Source: a virus
Taxonomy: Duplodnaviria > Caudoviricetes
IMG/VR virus record: IMGVR_UViG_3300025886_000034
Location: 1 to 52,747 of that record
Strand: one strand, 5' to 3'
DNA: 52,747 nucleotides
Position numbers and translations under genes: made by a program. Below the pieces are notes generated by a model, which was not told the DNA's origin, did not search any database, and saw only the letters and a list, made by a program, of their open reading frames with translations. Shown piece by piece: positions 17,712 through 27,774 of this stretch; the first letter of the stretch is position 1; each line of letters opens with the position of its first letter.

Positions 17712-18650
17712 TTACTTGAATTGACAGTCTGCCATCACTTCTGTTAAGAATGATACGATATTTATCTCTTGGTCAGAGACGAATGCAGACTGATACTGGT
17801 ATCTTCCGAGATGAATTATCATCTGCGGTATAGAGTTTTCCTGTAAGATAGCAGTCATACTATCGAATACTTTACGATAGAATGGGGTAACATCACCCTC
17901 CAAGTTTTCACCAACCCACTTCCTCATCGCAGTAAAGTTCTTTTCCCTTAGATGAACAACAAGTTCGTCGATATCGGTGTCCAACGATTTTGTCAATATT
18001 CCCGTATCAATTTTACCCAAGGAAGCATATCTCTGAAGTTCGTTCAGGATGCGCCTCCAGTCTGGATTGTGCTTTTTAATGAGCTTTACAAGAACCACAT
18101 CTTCATACTCAATGTTTTCTTCGTCGAGAATGAATTTAGTTCTCTCAAAAAACTTGCTCGACAATTTATTGATCTCTGCATTAGATACGTTGAAATCTAC
18201 AAGAGAACACCGACTGTGCAAAGGCTCAATAATTTTGTTTGGGAAGTTGCAAGTGAGAATAAATCCACAATTAGCAGAAAACTCTTCGATGAAGTTTCGA
18301 AGTGCTGGCTGGGTAGATTGGGGGTTCAGATAATCTGCTTCATCAAGAATGACATATTTACGCCCACCTTTCATAGAAATGGTAGACGCAAAGTTATGAA
18401 TTTCATTACGAAGCGTATCAATATTCCTATCCATCGAACCATTAATCGTCATGTAAGAACACCCCAATTCCTCAAGCATAGCTTTTGCAATCGTTGTCTT
18501 ACCAATACCAGCACGACCTGATAGTATCAGATTTGGAATAACTTTTTTGCCGACGAACTCCTCGAAGGTTTTTTTAAGACCTTGAGGAAGTATCGTATCA
18601 CCGACAGTTTTGGGGCGGTACTTTTCCACCCACAATACATTTTCTAACAT
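17712..18650 (-). CDS. gp44: Clamp loader large subunit (AAA+)
   Basis: LWVEKYRP, GRAGIGKTT, ILDEAD, LHSRC. Likely start MLEN at 18650. Confidence 0.96.
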   Translation of the reverse strand: MLENVLWVEKYRPKTVGDTILPQGLKKTFEEFVGKKVIPNLILSGRAGIGKTTIAKAMLEELGCSYMTINGSMDRNIDTLRNEIHNFASTISMKGGRKYVILDEADYLNPQSTQPALRNFIEEFSANCGFILTCNFPNKIIEPLHSRCSLVDFNVSNAEINKLSSKFFERTKFILDEENIEYEDVVLVKLIKKHNPDWRRILNELQRYASLGKIDTGILTKSLDTDIDELVVHLREKNFTAMRKWVGENLEGDVTPFYRKVFDSMTAILQENSIPQMIIHLGRYQYQSAFVSDQEINIVSFLTEVMADCQFK

Positions 18651-18677
18651 AGAACACCCCACACATAACAAAGTAAT

Positions 18678-18706
18678 AGTTTAGCATAAATTGGCAACTG
18701 TGTCAA
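18678..18706 (-). promoter_or_regulatory. Sigma70-type promoter for gp44
   Basis: TTGACA-17 nt-TAAACT, with TG at the extended -10 position. Confidence 0.75.
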
Positions 18707-18753
18707 TACATATACTAATATCAAGAAACACAAAAACAGCTTAAAATTGGGGG

Positions 18754-19463
18754 TCATTCGACGAATGAAGATCCAGACTCCGTAGCAATCCAATAATCAA
18801 GATTTCCAGCAACTCGTGAGAAATGCGAGATTCCATCAGTAGAAATTGACACATCATAATCTGCATTTACAATCTTCAGATTTTATCTGCATTTACAATC
18901 TTCAGATTTTCATAGTTAAAAATAGTTTGAAACTCCAACGAAGTTTCACCGACATCAATAGAAAAAACATCACTGTCGGCATTTTTCACATCGATTGCGG
19001 CAATGGAAATATTTTTGCGATCACCTCTAACTACAATGTTAGGCAGTCCCATCACACCAGCCATTTTCACAATCTTAGTAAAGTTGTCAGAATTCAGACG
19101 GAAGTGGATTTTGGCATTCGATAACTCGATGTCATCTTGGGGCGGAGACACAACCAAAACTTCATCGGACAATCCATAGCGAACCTTAGATTTATCATCA
19201 GAAATTACCAAAGAAGAACCGCCATCAACACCAATATCAGGATTATCCATAGATGACAGCACAGACAAAAATCTGTTCAAATCATAAATCGTGAAATTAT
19301 TGTCGAAAGAATCATCAACAGTGGCTCGTGCCAAAATATTTTCTTGCTTGGAAATTGTTCTAATAACATTACCTTGCTTAAACACTAAGCTAGGATTGAT
19401 AATAGAAAAATTTCTAAGAACATTCAATGTATCTTCACTAAGTTTCATATTCACCTCTGGCAT
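18754..19463 (-). CDS. gp45: Sliding clamp, frameshifted in this sequence by a 26-bp duplication (track ORF ends at 18876)
   Basis: MKLSEDTLNVLRNFSIINPSL...IYDLNRFLS. Removing one repeat copy restores ...NADYDVSISTDGISHF...LDYWIATESGSSFVE* ending at 18754. Confidence 0.92.
18859..18910. repeat. Perfect 26-bp tandem duplication
   Basis: atctgcatttacaatcttcagatttt at 18859-18884 and 18885-18910. Confidence 0.95.
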
Positions 19464-19474
19464 AAATTTACCTC

Positions 19475-19503
19475 ATTATATAGCATAATATTTAAAAAGT
19501 CAA
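19475..19503 (-). promoter_or_regulatory. Sigma70-type promoter for gp45
   Basis: TTGACT-17 nt-TATAAT. Confidence 0.8.
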
Positions 19504-19504
19504 C

Positions 19505-19528
19505 AAAAAAGGGCGAATATCTTCGCCC
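19505..19528 (-). terminator. Intrinsic terminator
   Basis: GGGCGAA-GATA-TTCGCCC-TTTTTT. Confidence 0.85.
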
Positions 19529-19535
19529 ATTAATG

Positions 19536-19793
19536 TTATTGCGCTGCAGTAGCAGGATCAGCCGCAACTTCAGTAGTAGGCTCATCAGAACCAGATTCTG
19601 CTTCAGCTTCTTGTGCTTCTCGCACCGAAGTCACAATCTGATTTGAAAACGCATCTTTAGCAACATTCAACTGATCAAGTTGGAATTGCAAGTTTTGCAT
19701 TTTTCCCTGAATATCCTGCACTTGAGCCACCAAATACTTTTGGGTATCGGTTAGTTGCTCTTCAGTGTATTCTGTACCATCAATAGTAATCAT
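19536..19793 (-). CDS. Small coiled-coil hypothetical protein
   Basis: MITIDGTEYTEEQLTD...QLDQLNVAKDAF. Likely start 19793 after SD AAGGAG. Confidence 0.75.
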   Translation of the reverse strand: MITIDGTEYTEEQLTDTQKYLVAQVQDIQGKMQNLQFQLDQLNVAKDAFSNQIVTSVREAQEAEAESGSDEPTTEVAADPATAAQ

Positions 19794-19803
19794 ACTAAAC
19801 TCC

Positions 19804-21384
19804 TTAAGGTTTGTAGTAAACAAATACGGGTTCATATTTAGTAATATTCCCGTTTATTTTGCAACTATTTTTCATAGTTGCTTCGCCAGTTTCGGAATCT
19901 ATTCGATTCGCGCCTGGCATTCTAGCAAGAGCCATTTTAAGAACACCTTTATAGGTCATTCCTAAACCCTCCAGAATTTCTCTGCTATCGTTTTCTAACG
20001 GTAGCATATTTTTTCCGAGTTTTATATCTGCAATATTCCACAGCAAATACCTATCGTTACGCAAATACTCAACCGCAGTTTTTAGTGTTTGTTTTAAAAA
20101 TCCGTCACGCCATACTTCATATGTATCAAACTTCTTGTAGGACTGCTCATCATCTTCAGAGTACGCTTCCTTTGAAAAGTAAGGAGGCGAAGTAAATACC
20201 ATATCCAACTCACCCTTATGTTTCTGGAAGTCTGGATTTTCACCAATAACTTCTGAACCCAACTGATAGATTTCGTGTGTATGAGACTTCTTAAACAAGA
20301 CAGCTTCGTTCTTAGTCTCATTATAGAATCTAGCAACATCATGGTATTTAGTACTCAAACTTCCGTCAGGCAAAGTAATCGTATGGTCTTTATTTGGATC
20401 GGTTCCAATATAGTGTATCTTGTGAGGAGACCTAACTGACATAGCTCCTAACAATCTCCCACCCCACCCAGCAGACGGGTCATAAATCTTAATCGTATCT
20501 TGATTCTCAATGTGCTTTGTGTACTTTTCATACAAATACTTTGCCGTCATAGGTGGAAAGTTTACCGCATACTGACACCAAGAAACTCGGAACGCTCGGT
20601 ATCCGGCAGGGAAAAGTTTCTGCCCCTTCTCATAAAAACGAATCGTATATATGAATCCTTCTTTGTCTTCATAATCAATGTTGGTTTTGCACGACTCGGG
20701 TATATTATACTCTAAAAGTTGCTCCTTTGTCAATAGTAAAAACTCAACTTTATTAATCTTTTCGTTATACCCAGAGTAGTCAATACCTTTCTTGTGTTCG
20801 ATCCAGTAATCGTGTGTGCCGTACTGTCGGGCTTTACTTTCAAACCATTCAACAAAACTCTTGACATCGGTTAGTGTGTGCCTCACACTACCCACCACGA
20901 TTTCCTCACCAACCATCATAGTACGAGAATGCTGATAGAACGAATCTCGCTTGAAATGTCGGCGCGCATACTTTATTGTTTTTTCTAACAACTCATCCTT
21001 GGCAAAGTGATCGTAGATTGATAACCCCACATCTTTTTCACTATAGTTTATTCGCGTCTTCATCATGGTAGGAAACCATTGGTTCACGGCATTACCTAAC
21101 CCAGAATGATTTCTAATGATATCAGACTCACCAGTAAGTTCGTCAATAGTCTCGAACTCGTGTACAGGATATCCAGCCATTTTCTTAAACTGTTTTTTGA
21201 TGTCCTCCTCATCTTTACCAACTCTAGGAGGATTGCCATAGTCATCCCAAATTTGAGCAACGGTTTTTCGCAACTCAATAAACCAATCACGAAATTCTTG
21301 ATCAGACATCCACAGAATTTCGTCAAAAGTTTTGTTCACCTTATGATCGATTAAGTGGTTGTTCTTTTCGTAAAAATATTTCAT
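19804..21384 (-). CDS. SAM-dependent amino-(N4C/N6A)-type DNA methyltransferase-like protein with long N-terminal extension
   Basis: Motif I YDPSAGWGGRL, YIGTDPN, and catalytic motif IV FTSPPY. Confidence 0.85.
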   Translation of the reverse strand: MKYFYEKNNHLIDHKVNKTFDEILWMSDQEFRDWFIELRKTVAQIWDDYGNPPRVGKDEEDIKKQFKKMAGYPVHEFETIDELTGESDIIRNHSGLGNAVNQWFPTMMKTRINYSEKDVGLSIYDHFAKDELLEKTIKYARRHFKRDSFYQHSRTMMVGEEIVVGSVRHTLTDVKSFVEWFESKARQYGTHDYWIEHKKGIDYSGYNEKINKVEFLLLTKEQLLEYNIPESCKTNIDYEDKEGFIYTIRFYEKGQKLFPAGYRAFRVSWCQYAVNFPPMTAKYLYEKYTKHIENQDTIKIYDPSAGWGGRLLGAMSVRSPHKIHYIGTDPNKDHTITLPDGSLSTKYHDVARFYNETKNEAVLFKKSHTHEIYQLGSEVIGENPDFQKHKGELDMVFTSPPYFSKEAYSEDDEQSYKKFDTYEVWRDGFLKQTLKTAVEYLRNDRYLLWNIADIKLGKNMLPLENDSREILEGLGMTYKGVLKMALARMPGANRIDSETGEATMKNSCKINGNITKYEPVFVYYKP

Positions 21385-21857
21385 AAAACCTGTTCCAACT
21401 CTGTCCCACAGTTGTGTAAGAAATGCTTACCAGAACCCTTATTTGCATTATACTCTTCATCATAATATACTTTTCGAATCCCACTCTGATGAATCAACTT
21501 GGCACATTCGATGCAGGGTATATGAGTCGTGAATAATATAGCATCCTTGCACGACTCAGAACTCTGCGCAACTTTAGCAATAGCATTAGCCTCTGCGTGA
21601 AGCACTTCTGGTTTGGAAACATATGTCACATAAGTGTCGTGATCCTCTTCGGGGATGTCATTTATGCTGCCCGCCCAGCTGGGCAGAACTTGCAACTCAC
21701 AGTCATTATCCCAACCGGAAGGCATACCATTATACCCAATGCTGATAATCCTATCATCCTTAACAATGATAGCACCAACTTTAGCTCTCTTGGCGTAGCT
21801 CATCTCAGCGAAAGTTTTTGCAACTTTCATATACGCAACAATAAATTTATTCTTCAT
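21381..21857 (-). CDS. cd: dCMP deaminase
   Basis: KVGAIIV, IGYNG, HAEANAI, PCIECAK. Likely start MKNKF at 21857. Confidence 0.95.
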   Translation of the reverse strand: MKNKFIVAYMKVAKTFAEMSYAKRAKVGAIIVKDDRIISIGYNGMPSGWDNDCELQVLPSWAGSINDIPEEDHDTYVTYVSKPEVLHAEANAIAKVAQSSESCKDAILFTTHIPCIECAKLIHQSGIRKVYYDEEYNANKGSGKHFLHNCGTELEQVL

Positions 21858-22506
21858 AGTATTCCAAAGCTTCTTTAACGAACTCACTATCAGGACCATA
21901 GTTGGATCGATTATCGTGCCATTCCATATTCATAGCCCCGACTTTGGCATAGTAACCTTTACCCACAGTATCACAAAAATCTAGGTCCGGTTCCACATGC
22001 TTACCATCATAGTAGTACTCATCAATGATCTCAGCCAGATCCGTTTCGACAGTACCGATACACAACTTAGCAGGGTCAAAGTCACCTTCAGTCTCAATAT
22101 AAACCTCACCAAACCCACCCTTCTCCTCACTAAAGAAATGAAGCACCGGTTGCAGTTCTGGTGTGATTGGTGCAGGTGCACCTTCTGGGCGTGCAGCATG
22201 AGCACTGATATCATACAAATATGCTTCACGGGCATACAGACCATTGTATCTAAATCGCCCTACTTCGGCAATCTCCTCGTCTTCAGAATTTACTTCGAAA
22301 ACATCATATTCATTATCAGCAAAAGGTCCGCTAATATGTTCGATATCATCAATGTCATGCCATGCTAAATCAGAATCCCAGCCATCAAAATTCTCGATAA
22401 TAACATCTTCATCTGCATACTTTAAATTATCAAAAAGTTCTTGAGAAATCCTACCAATAGTAAGTTCACCACCATACCGCCCAGTATAAATCTTAAATCT
22501 TCGCAT
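21847..22506 (-). CDS. Acidic hypothetical protein
   Basis: Long ORF. Likely start MRRFK at 22506 after SD GGAG. Has its own promoter. Confidence 0.75.
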   Translation of the reverse strand: MRRFKIYTGRYGGELTIGRISQELFDNLKYADEDVIIENFDGWDSDLAWHDIDDIEHISGPFADNEYDVFEVNSEDEEIAEVGRFRYNGLYAREAYLYDISAHAARPEGAPAPITPELQPVLHFFSEEKGGFGEVYIETEGDFDPAKLCIGTVETDLAEIIDEYYYDGKHVEPDLDFCDTVGKGYYAKVGAMNMEWHDNRSNYGPDSEFVKEALEYYEE

Positions 22507-22530
22507 AATATAATCTCCAGTTGAATGCAT

Positions 22531-22559
22531 ATTATAACACAGTTTTTCCTAAAAAGCAA
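22531..22559 (-). promoter_or_regulatory. Sigma70-type promoter
   Basis: TTGCTT-17 nt-TATAAT, with TG at the extended -10 position. Confidence 0.75.
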
Positions 22560-23349
22560 CATTCCAATACAAAATATTTTGTGGTTTATCGTGAGTCTCG
22601 TAATAATCCATCATAGGCTTCCAACCTTTAGCATCGTAGGTAGGAGCTGAAGGAAACGGGGGCATCTCCTTTTCCTTGACAGGACGATCAAATTTATAAG
22701 GGGAAATGTGGTGGATTGCTCTACCTATTTCATTCTCCTTCATTGTATGCCCAACTTGAACAACATGGATTTCTGCATCAGGAAACGCCAACTGCAATCC
22801 CCTGCTAAGAGTACCGGACGATCCTACAGACCACACCGCGTCTGGTTTGATAGGTAAATCCTGAGCGACTTTTATGATGGAAGCCAGAACAGTTTCGTGT
22901 TCCAATCCAAGGGGTAGAACTCGGCGTGTAGATGGAGACTTTTCTACATACTTACGCGCATGGGATTGTGTAACATTGAGCATTCCCATCTTAACCCAGT
23001 GATATTCAGCACCGAGTTCTATCCCCCGCTTCTGGTAGTTGTGGAGTTTGTCCATACTCCTCTCTGCCATAAACAAAACTGCTTTCTTACCATACTTAGA
23101 ACATACTACAGGCAAACTTATCTGTGCATATCCAGTTGCGGGGCAAGACCCAAACACCCACTCTTCCACATCTCTGTTTTCTTCTGCGTGACCAACAAAA
23201 TAATCAATAAATCTAATCTTACTACCATAGTTTAGTAAGTCATCACGCACTACAGATACGCCATCATATTCCTCTATCACAGGCGCGGGGTTTGGATCTT
23301 GCCAACCAGCAAGCAACTTTAAATAATCATCAACCAATAAGTTTTCCAT
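22549..23349 (-). CDS. PLP-dependent fold-type II enzyme (ACC deaminase/D-cysteine desulfhydrase/Trp synthase beta-like)
   Basis: VVRDDLL..GSKIR (Schiff-base Lys context), SVGSSGT phosphate loop, PTYDAK, ILYWN. Confidence 0.8.
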   Translation of the reverse strand: MENLLVDDYLKLLAGWQDPNPAPVIEEYDGVSVVRDDLLNYGSKIRFIDYFVGHAEENRDVEEWVFGSCPATGYAQISLPVVCSKYGKKAVLFMAERSMDKLHNYQKRGIELGAEYHWVKMGMLNVTQSHARKYVEKSPSTRRVLPLGLEHETVLASIIKVAQDLPIKPDAVWSVGSSGTLSRGLQLAFPDAEIHVVQVGHTMKENEIGRAIHHISPYKFDRPVKEKEMPPFPSAPTYDAKGWKPMMDYYETHDKPQNILYWNVAF

Positions 23350-24421
23350 ATAAAGATTCCTTAGTCACAACATCAACAACTAAATGTATTCGGTCTTCGG
23401 AACCGAAGTTCACTGCTTTGTGAGGCTTCCTCGTATCAAGAAACCAACACTCACCAACACTCATACTAACATTCTGTTCTACTCCATCAGTATCCCAGAC
23501 TGTAAACATAACCATATCATTTGTTACGATAGGAAAATGTAATCGTGCCAACTTCCCCAAAGAGCCACCAGAATCGGGGTCAACTTGATCCGTATGGCGA
23601 CTCAATTCACCAGACTTAGGTTTCAATAACATAAATCTGACACGATGAACATCATCACCGTAAGGTTCTATCAGATCCCTCACTTCAGGGAACAGATTAT
23701 ATAATACACTATCTTGTAGGGTAAAGTCAATATCTACGTGATCTTTTTTCCACGCATCCGACATCTCGGAAGGTTTAGTGATAAACGCAGGGTCATCGGT
23801 GTATCCGCGCAAAGATAATGCAGACCAAGACTTTCCTTTGTTATAGTTGCTATAATGATTTGTAAACTCGGGTAGTTTGTCCAGTTTAGATCGTATCGAC
23901 TCAATTAAATCCCCATCAACATTATCAACTTTTTTGATACCAACAAACTCAACAGGGTCTATCTCAGGAAACTCTCTCGACTCGCCCCGATAATATATCT
24001 TATAGATTTCTCCGTATGAAGTAATCTTAGGTCCAACTTCACAAAACCCACATTCCTTCGCCAACTCAACGTGCGAATTATTTTCTGCCCACACGTATAG
24101 CCAACAGTCTGCAGTGTACTCATTAATTTTATTTTTCAGTGTAGAAATGTTACCCGACAACTTTGATATAGTAATATCACCGGATAGCTTCTCACCCAGC
24201 ACAGTATTACCATACACCTTGATCTTAGACTTAGCTTTAGACTCGGCAACTTCCAAACGCGCATCATCTAATAATATCAGCCTGTTCTTGTGTAAAGACT
24301 CCGCAATGTTATTTTTCTTGTACTTAGCAAAAGGCGATAAAGTATACTGATTGTAGTCATCAAACAATTTTTCTATATCTTTTAGATAATCTAGATCGTA
24401 CCCATGCTGCCACGCTTTCAT
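23330..24421 (-). CDS. Fusion of a GNAT-like N-terminal domain and an Asp/Asn beta-hydroxylase-family 2OG-Fe(II) dioxygenase
   Basis: C-terminal RHTD...RLHFPI...KPHKAVN...DRIHLVVD (HxD..H..R). N-terminal WLYVWAEN...LAKECGFCEVG resembles GNAT motif B (less certain). Confidence 0.8.
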   Translation of the reverse strand: MKAWQHGYDLDYLKDIEKLFDDYNQYTLSPFAKYKKNNIAESLHKNRLILLDDARLEVAESKAKSKIKVYGNTVLGEKLSGDITISKLSGNISTLKNKINEYTADCWLYVWAENNSHVELAKECGFCEVGPKITSYGEIYKIYYRGESREFPEIDPVEFVGIKKVDNVDGDLIESIRSKLDKLPEFTNHYSNYNKGKSWSALSLRGYTDDPAFITKPSEMSDAWKKDHVDIDFTLQDSVLYNLFPEVRDLIEPYGDDVHRVRFMLLKPKSGELSRHTDQVDPDSGGSLGKLARLHFPIVTNDMVMFTVWDTDGVEQNVSMSVGECWFLDTRKPHKAVNFGSEDRIHLVVDVVTKESLYGKLIG

Positions 24422-26133
24422 TGCTCTACCATCCGAGAAAAATTATTGTGCTTTTCGAACTTCATAACATCAGCAAACTTGTCTTGCAGGATATCACCCT
24501 TATGGCTAATAACAAATAGATTAGTCGCTTCTAGCATATTGAGAAGTTTCATAAGATCCTCTGTTCCATTATTATCGAGAGAAGAATCAAAGACTTCATC
24601 CAAAAGCAAAATATTTGTGCTAGCTGAGTTCTTGAGTTTTGCAATGGTTCTCCAAGTCAGCATTAGTGCCATATCAATCCGCTGTTTCTCACCCTCAGAG
24701 AAGGAAGAATACGAAAAGTCATCGCGGTGCCTAGACTTGATAGTTTCTTTGAACGCTTCGTCAAGATTGAAGTTCACGAAGAAATCCATAGACGCCAAAT
24801 ACTTATTCACCAACTTGTTTATAATCGGAATGTATTGTTTGATGATTCTAGTTTTAATTCCAGTATCCTTGAGCAAGGTAGATGCAATCTCCTGATGATG
24901 TTTTTCATCGAGCATTATGCGGATATTATCCTCGATATCAAGCAGTTCCTGTTCGTATTTGGCAAGCTTTTCTTGCTGCTCTTTGATGTTATTTTTAGCC
25001 GATTCTGATCTAGAAATTTCGTGTTGTAGTGAACCAATATATTTCTGGGATGCCGTGTTTTCGCTCTGTAGACTAACAATTCGTTTTTGTAAATTGTCGA
25101 TTTTATTCATAGATTCATTGATAGACTCCATACGCTCTTTCAGAGACTTATGCTTGCACTTCAGTTCTGACAAACCTTCGCTCACCTGAATCTTTTTATT
25201 TGCCCGCTCAGAAAGCACACTAGACTTAAAAACACCGTCTATATCCTGCTTGCAAGTAGGGCACTCATCGTTACCCTCATAAAAAGAAATTTCACTATCA
25301 ATTTTCTTGACGGTACGGCTTAGATCTTTACGAACATCTTCTAGTTTTTTTAGTTTATCGGAAACCGACGAGGCGACTTTTACGTCTTCTTGCAGTGAGT
25401 TACGAGCAGACTCCAAACTATCAAGATCATCTTTGCGCTTTTCTATCTGAATCTGCTCATCATCAATTTGTTCTTGCAGAACAGCAACCTTTTCTTTGTT
25501 ATCTCTCGTGATATCATCGATATATTGCTTGTGTACATCAATCTTTTCTTCAACAGAATCTGATTTATATTTTGTGTTAGACACCTCGTTTTTTAGTTTT
25601 AAGTGTCTTTCCTTTAGTAAGGAATTCATAGTGGTAAAAATTCGAATGTCCAGCAAATCTTCAATAATAGATCTACGGTCAGCCGCAGACAACTGCATAA
25701 AAGGTGTAAACGAGGCACTACCCAATATCACAATCTGTGTGAATGACTTGTAATTCAGTTTCAGAATAACCTTTTCTAAAGTATCTTGATAATCTTTTAC
25801 TGCAGCGTCTTGATTCAAGAACTTGCCGTTACAATAAATCTCAAAGATGTTAGGCTTCATACCACGAACAACACGATAGGATTTATTGCCAGCATCAAAC
25901 TCAACCTCAACCACCGCATTTTTTTGGTTGATGCTGTTAACCAATTGTGGCTTATTGATATTCCGAAAAGGCTTACCAAACAAACTAAAACACAAAGCAT
26001 CTAGCATGGTAGACTTACCCGAGCCATTAGCACCAAGAATCAGGGTGGAAATTTCTTTGTCCAGTTCAATTTTCGTGAAATAGTTTCCTGAAGACAAAAA
26101 GTTTTTATACTTTAATGTTCTGAATACGATCAC
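24418..26133 (-). CDS. gp46: Rad50/SbcC-like recombination ATPase
   Basis: GANGSGKST, CPTC zinc hook, FSEGEK signature, LLDEVFD. Confidence 0.97.
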   Translation of the reverse strand: MIVFRTLKYKNFLSSGNYFTKIELDKEISTLILGANGSGKSTMLDALCFSLFGKPFRNINKPQLVNSINQKNAVVEVEFDAGNKSYRVVRGMKPNIFEIYCNGKFLNQDAAVKDYQDTLEKVILKLNYKSFTQIVILGSASFTPFMQLSAADRRSIIEDLLDIRIFTTMNSLLKERHLKLKNEVSNTKYKSDSVEEKIDVHKQYIDDITRDNKEKVAVLQEQIDDEQIQIEKRKDDLDSLESARNSLQEDVKVASSVSDKLKKLEDVRKDLSRTVKKIDSEISFYEGNDECPTCKQDIDGVFKSSVLSERANKKIQVSEGLSELKCKHKSLKERMESINESMNKIDNLQKRIVSLQSENTASQKYIGSLQHEISRSESAKNNIKEQQEKLAKYEQELLDIEDNIRIMLDEKHHQEIASTLLKDTGIKTRIIKQYIPIINKLVNKYLASMDFFVNFNLDEAFKETIKSRHRDDFSYSSFSEGEKQRIDMALMLTWRTIAKLKNSASTNILLLDEVFDSSLDNNGTEDLMKLLNMLEATNLFVISHKGDILQDKFADVMKFEKHNNFSRMVEQ

Positions 26134-27188
26134 GCAATAGTCTCCTGAGATAATGCTTCAACATATAATTCACGCATAAGAGTTTTTACCTCCTCAGATT
26201 CATCAATGTTTTGTTGGTCAATATAGTTAGATAAAATCGTCAGAGTATCTTCTGCCTGATCGATCAACTCAGAATCTATATCACCAAGAGTTTCATCCGC
26301 AAAATCTTCTATCACAGAAATGTTTGCAGGATCTACATTATACAGCTCATCGAGCAGTTTGTCAAATAAATATGGACTTTGTTTATTCAGTACGACAATC
26401 TTAACATAAGAATCTGCATAGTCATCAAAATCAATATCAGGCATATCCTTAGAATCGTCATAGTAAATCTTCTGAAACATATTATATTGCGTTTTTACAA
26501 ACTCGATCTCAGAGGTATCAGTATCAAATATCCAAAACCCTTTAGGATCGTTATAGTCATTCCAAAACAACTCGTATGGAGTTCCTAAGTAGCGGATCTT
26601 GCCCACTTGAGATTGTGTGTGAAAGTGCCCACTGTATACAGAATCATATCGATCAAGAAAATCGGAGTTCATACCATCGTGAGACGGAATACCTTTCATC
26701 ATCTGAAAACCAGCCAACTCAAAATGACCAATGCAAAATGGAGAGTTACTTCTATCAATAAAGTTGAAGATCTCTTCCTGATTATCCTTGCAAATCCAAG
26801 GTATCATATCAAACACCGTATTACCCACGGTCAGAGAACCCGGCCCCTGCCACAGAGTAATGTTATCATAACCTCGAAGTAACAAATCTGGAGAGTTTAC
26901 TTCCACACTATTTTTCCAGAAGATATCGTGATTGCCAATCAACGCATGAAAATCAATATCAAACTCCTGTAACCTGTCAAAAAAATACCTGCGGCTTTCT
27001 GACAGAGAAACAAAGTTGATATACTTCCTGCGATCAAACAAATCACCCAGCTGAATAACTGTTTTAATACCATGTTTTTCTATATAAGGAAAGAACTGGT
27101 TTGTGTAGAAGTTGTCATAGTATCGATGAAACGCCAACGAATCGTTACGTACACCAAAATGAGTATCACCTAAGAGGCACACTTTCAT
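26130..27188 (-). CDS. gp47: Mre11/SbcD-like nuclease
   Basis: GDTHFG, GDLFD, GNHD, SGHFH. Confidence 0.97.
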   Translation of the reverse strand: MKVCLLGDTHFGVRNDSLAFHRYYDNFYTNQFFPYIEKHGIKTVIQLGDLFDRRKYINFVSLSESRRYFFDRLQEFDIDFHALIGNHDIFWKNSVEVNSPDLLLRGYDNITLWQGPGSLTVGNTVFDMIPWICKDNQEEIFNFIDRSNSPFCIGHFELAGFQMMKGIPSHDGMNSDFLDRYDSVYSGHFHTQSQVGKIRYLGTPYELFWNDYNDPKGFWIFDTDTSEIEFVKTQYNMFQKIYYDDSKDMPDIDFDDYADSYVKIVVLNKQSPYLFDKLLDELYNVDPANISVIEDFADETLGDIDSELIDQAEDTLTILSNYIDQQNIDESEEVKTLMRELYVEALSQETIA

Positions 27189-27218
27189 TTAATAAATCCA
27201 TTTCTAAGTTAATTGTAT

Positions 27219-27247
27219 ATTATAGACTAATATAACAACAATGTCAA
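27219..27247 (-). promoter_or_regulatory. Consensus sigma70 promoter for the gp47-gp46 operon
   Basis: TTGACA-17 nt-TATAAT. Confidence 0.88.
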
Positions 27248-27774
27248 GACTTCTTTTTTGATTTCTTTTTCTTGGTTGCTTCAAAGCTTTGGATGAAGTT
27301 TGCAATGAACTCTTCGCTGTATGCATCGTGCATCATACCATTGAGCTGAGTGGTTACGTGATCCTCACCCAAGTTTTGAATCAGCGTATTGATGACCTCA
27401 TTTTCCATGCTCTTATACTTAATGTATAGATGTTTCTTTTCTTTCTGAATCCTTCTTAGGAATGCGTAGTATATGATCTGCGTGAAATATGAAAATGGGT
27501 TTTTTGATTTCTCGGGGTTAAAGTTGTCGATATACAATAGACAGTTTTCTACGCCATCCGAAATCATATCATCTCGAAAGGTATAATTGACAAAGTTTGG
27601 TCTGCGTGATAGATGCGTTGCTATCTTGAACAGGCAGGAGCCAATATACTCAGGCACTCTAGGTCTAGGCATCTCGTTCTCCCTAGCTGCTAATACGGAG
27701 TTTCTATACACGACCATATTCTCTAAGAACAGCTGGTTGTCTACGTAATGCTTCAATGGCTTATCTTTTTTCAT
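27244..27774 (-). CDS. gp55: Late-transcription sigma factor
   Basis: HYVDN, YIGSCLFKIA, PNFVNYTFRDDMISDG, NPFSYFTQIIYYAFLRRIQKEK. Confidence 0.96.
   Translation of the reverse strand: MKKDKPLKHYVDNQLFLENMVVYRNSVLAARENEMPRPRVPEYIGSCLFKIATHLSRRPNFVNYTFRDDMISDGVENCLLYIDNFNPEKSKNPFSYFTQIIYYAFLRRIQKEKKHLYIKYKSMENEVINTLIQNLGEDHVTTQLNGMMHDAYSEEFIANFIQSFEATKKKKSKKKS

Noticed and set aside
17327-18910. Short direct repeats as possible CRISPR or mini-array
   Set aside because: The copies are directly adjacent with no spacers and lie inside coding sequences.
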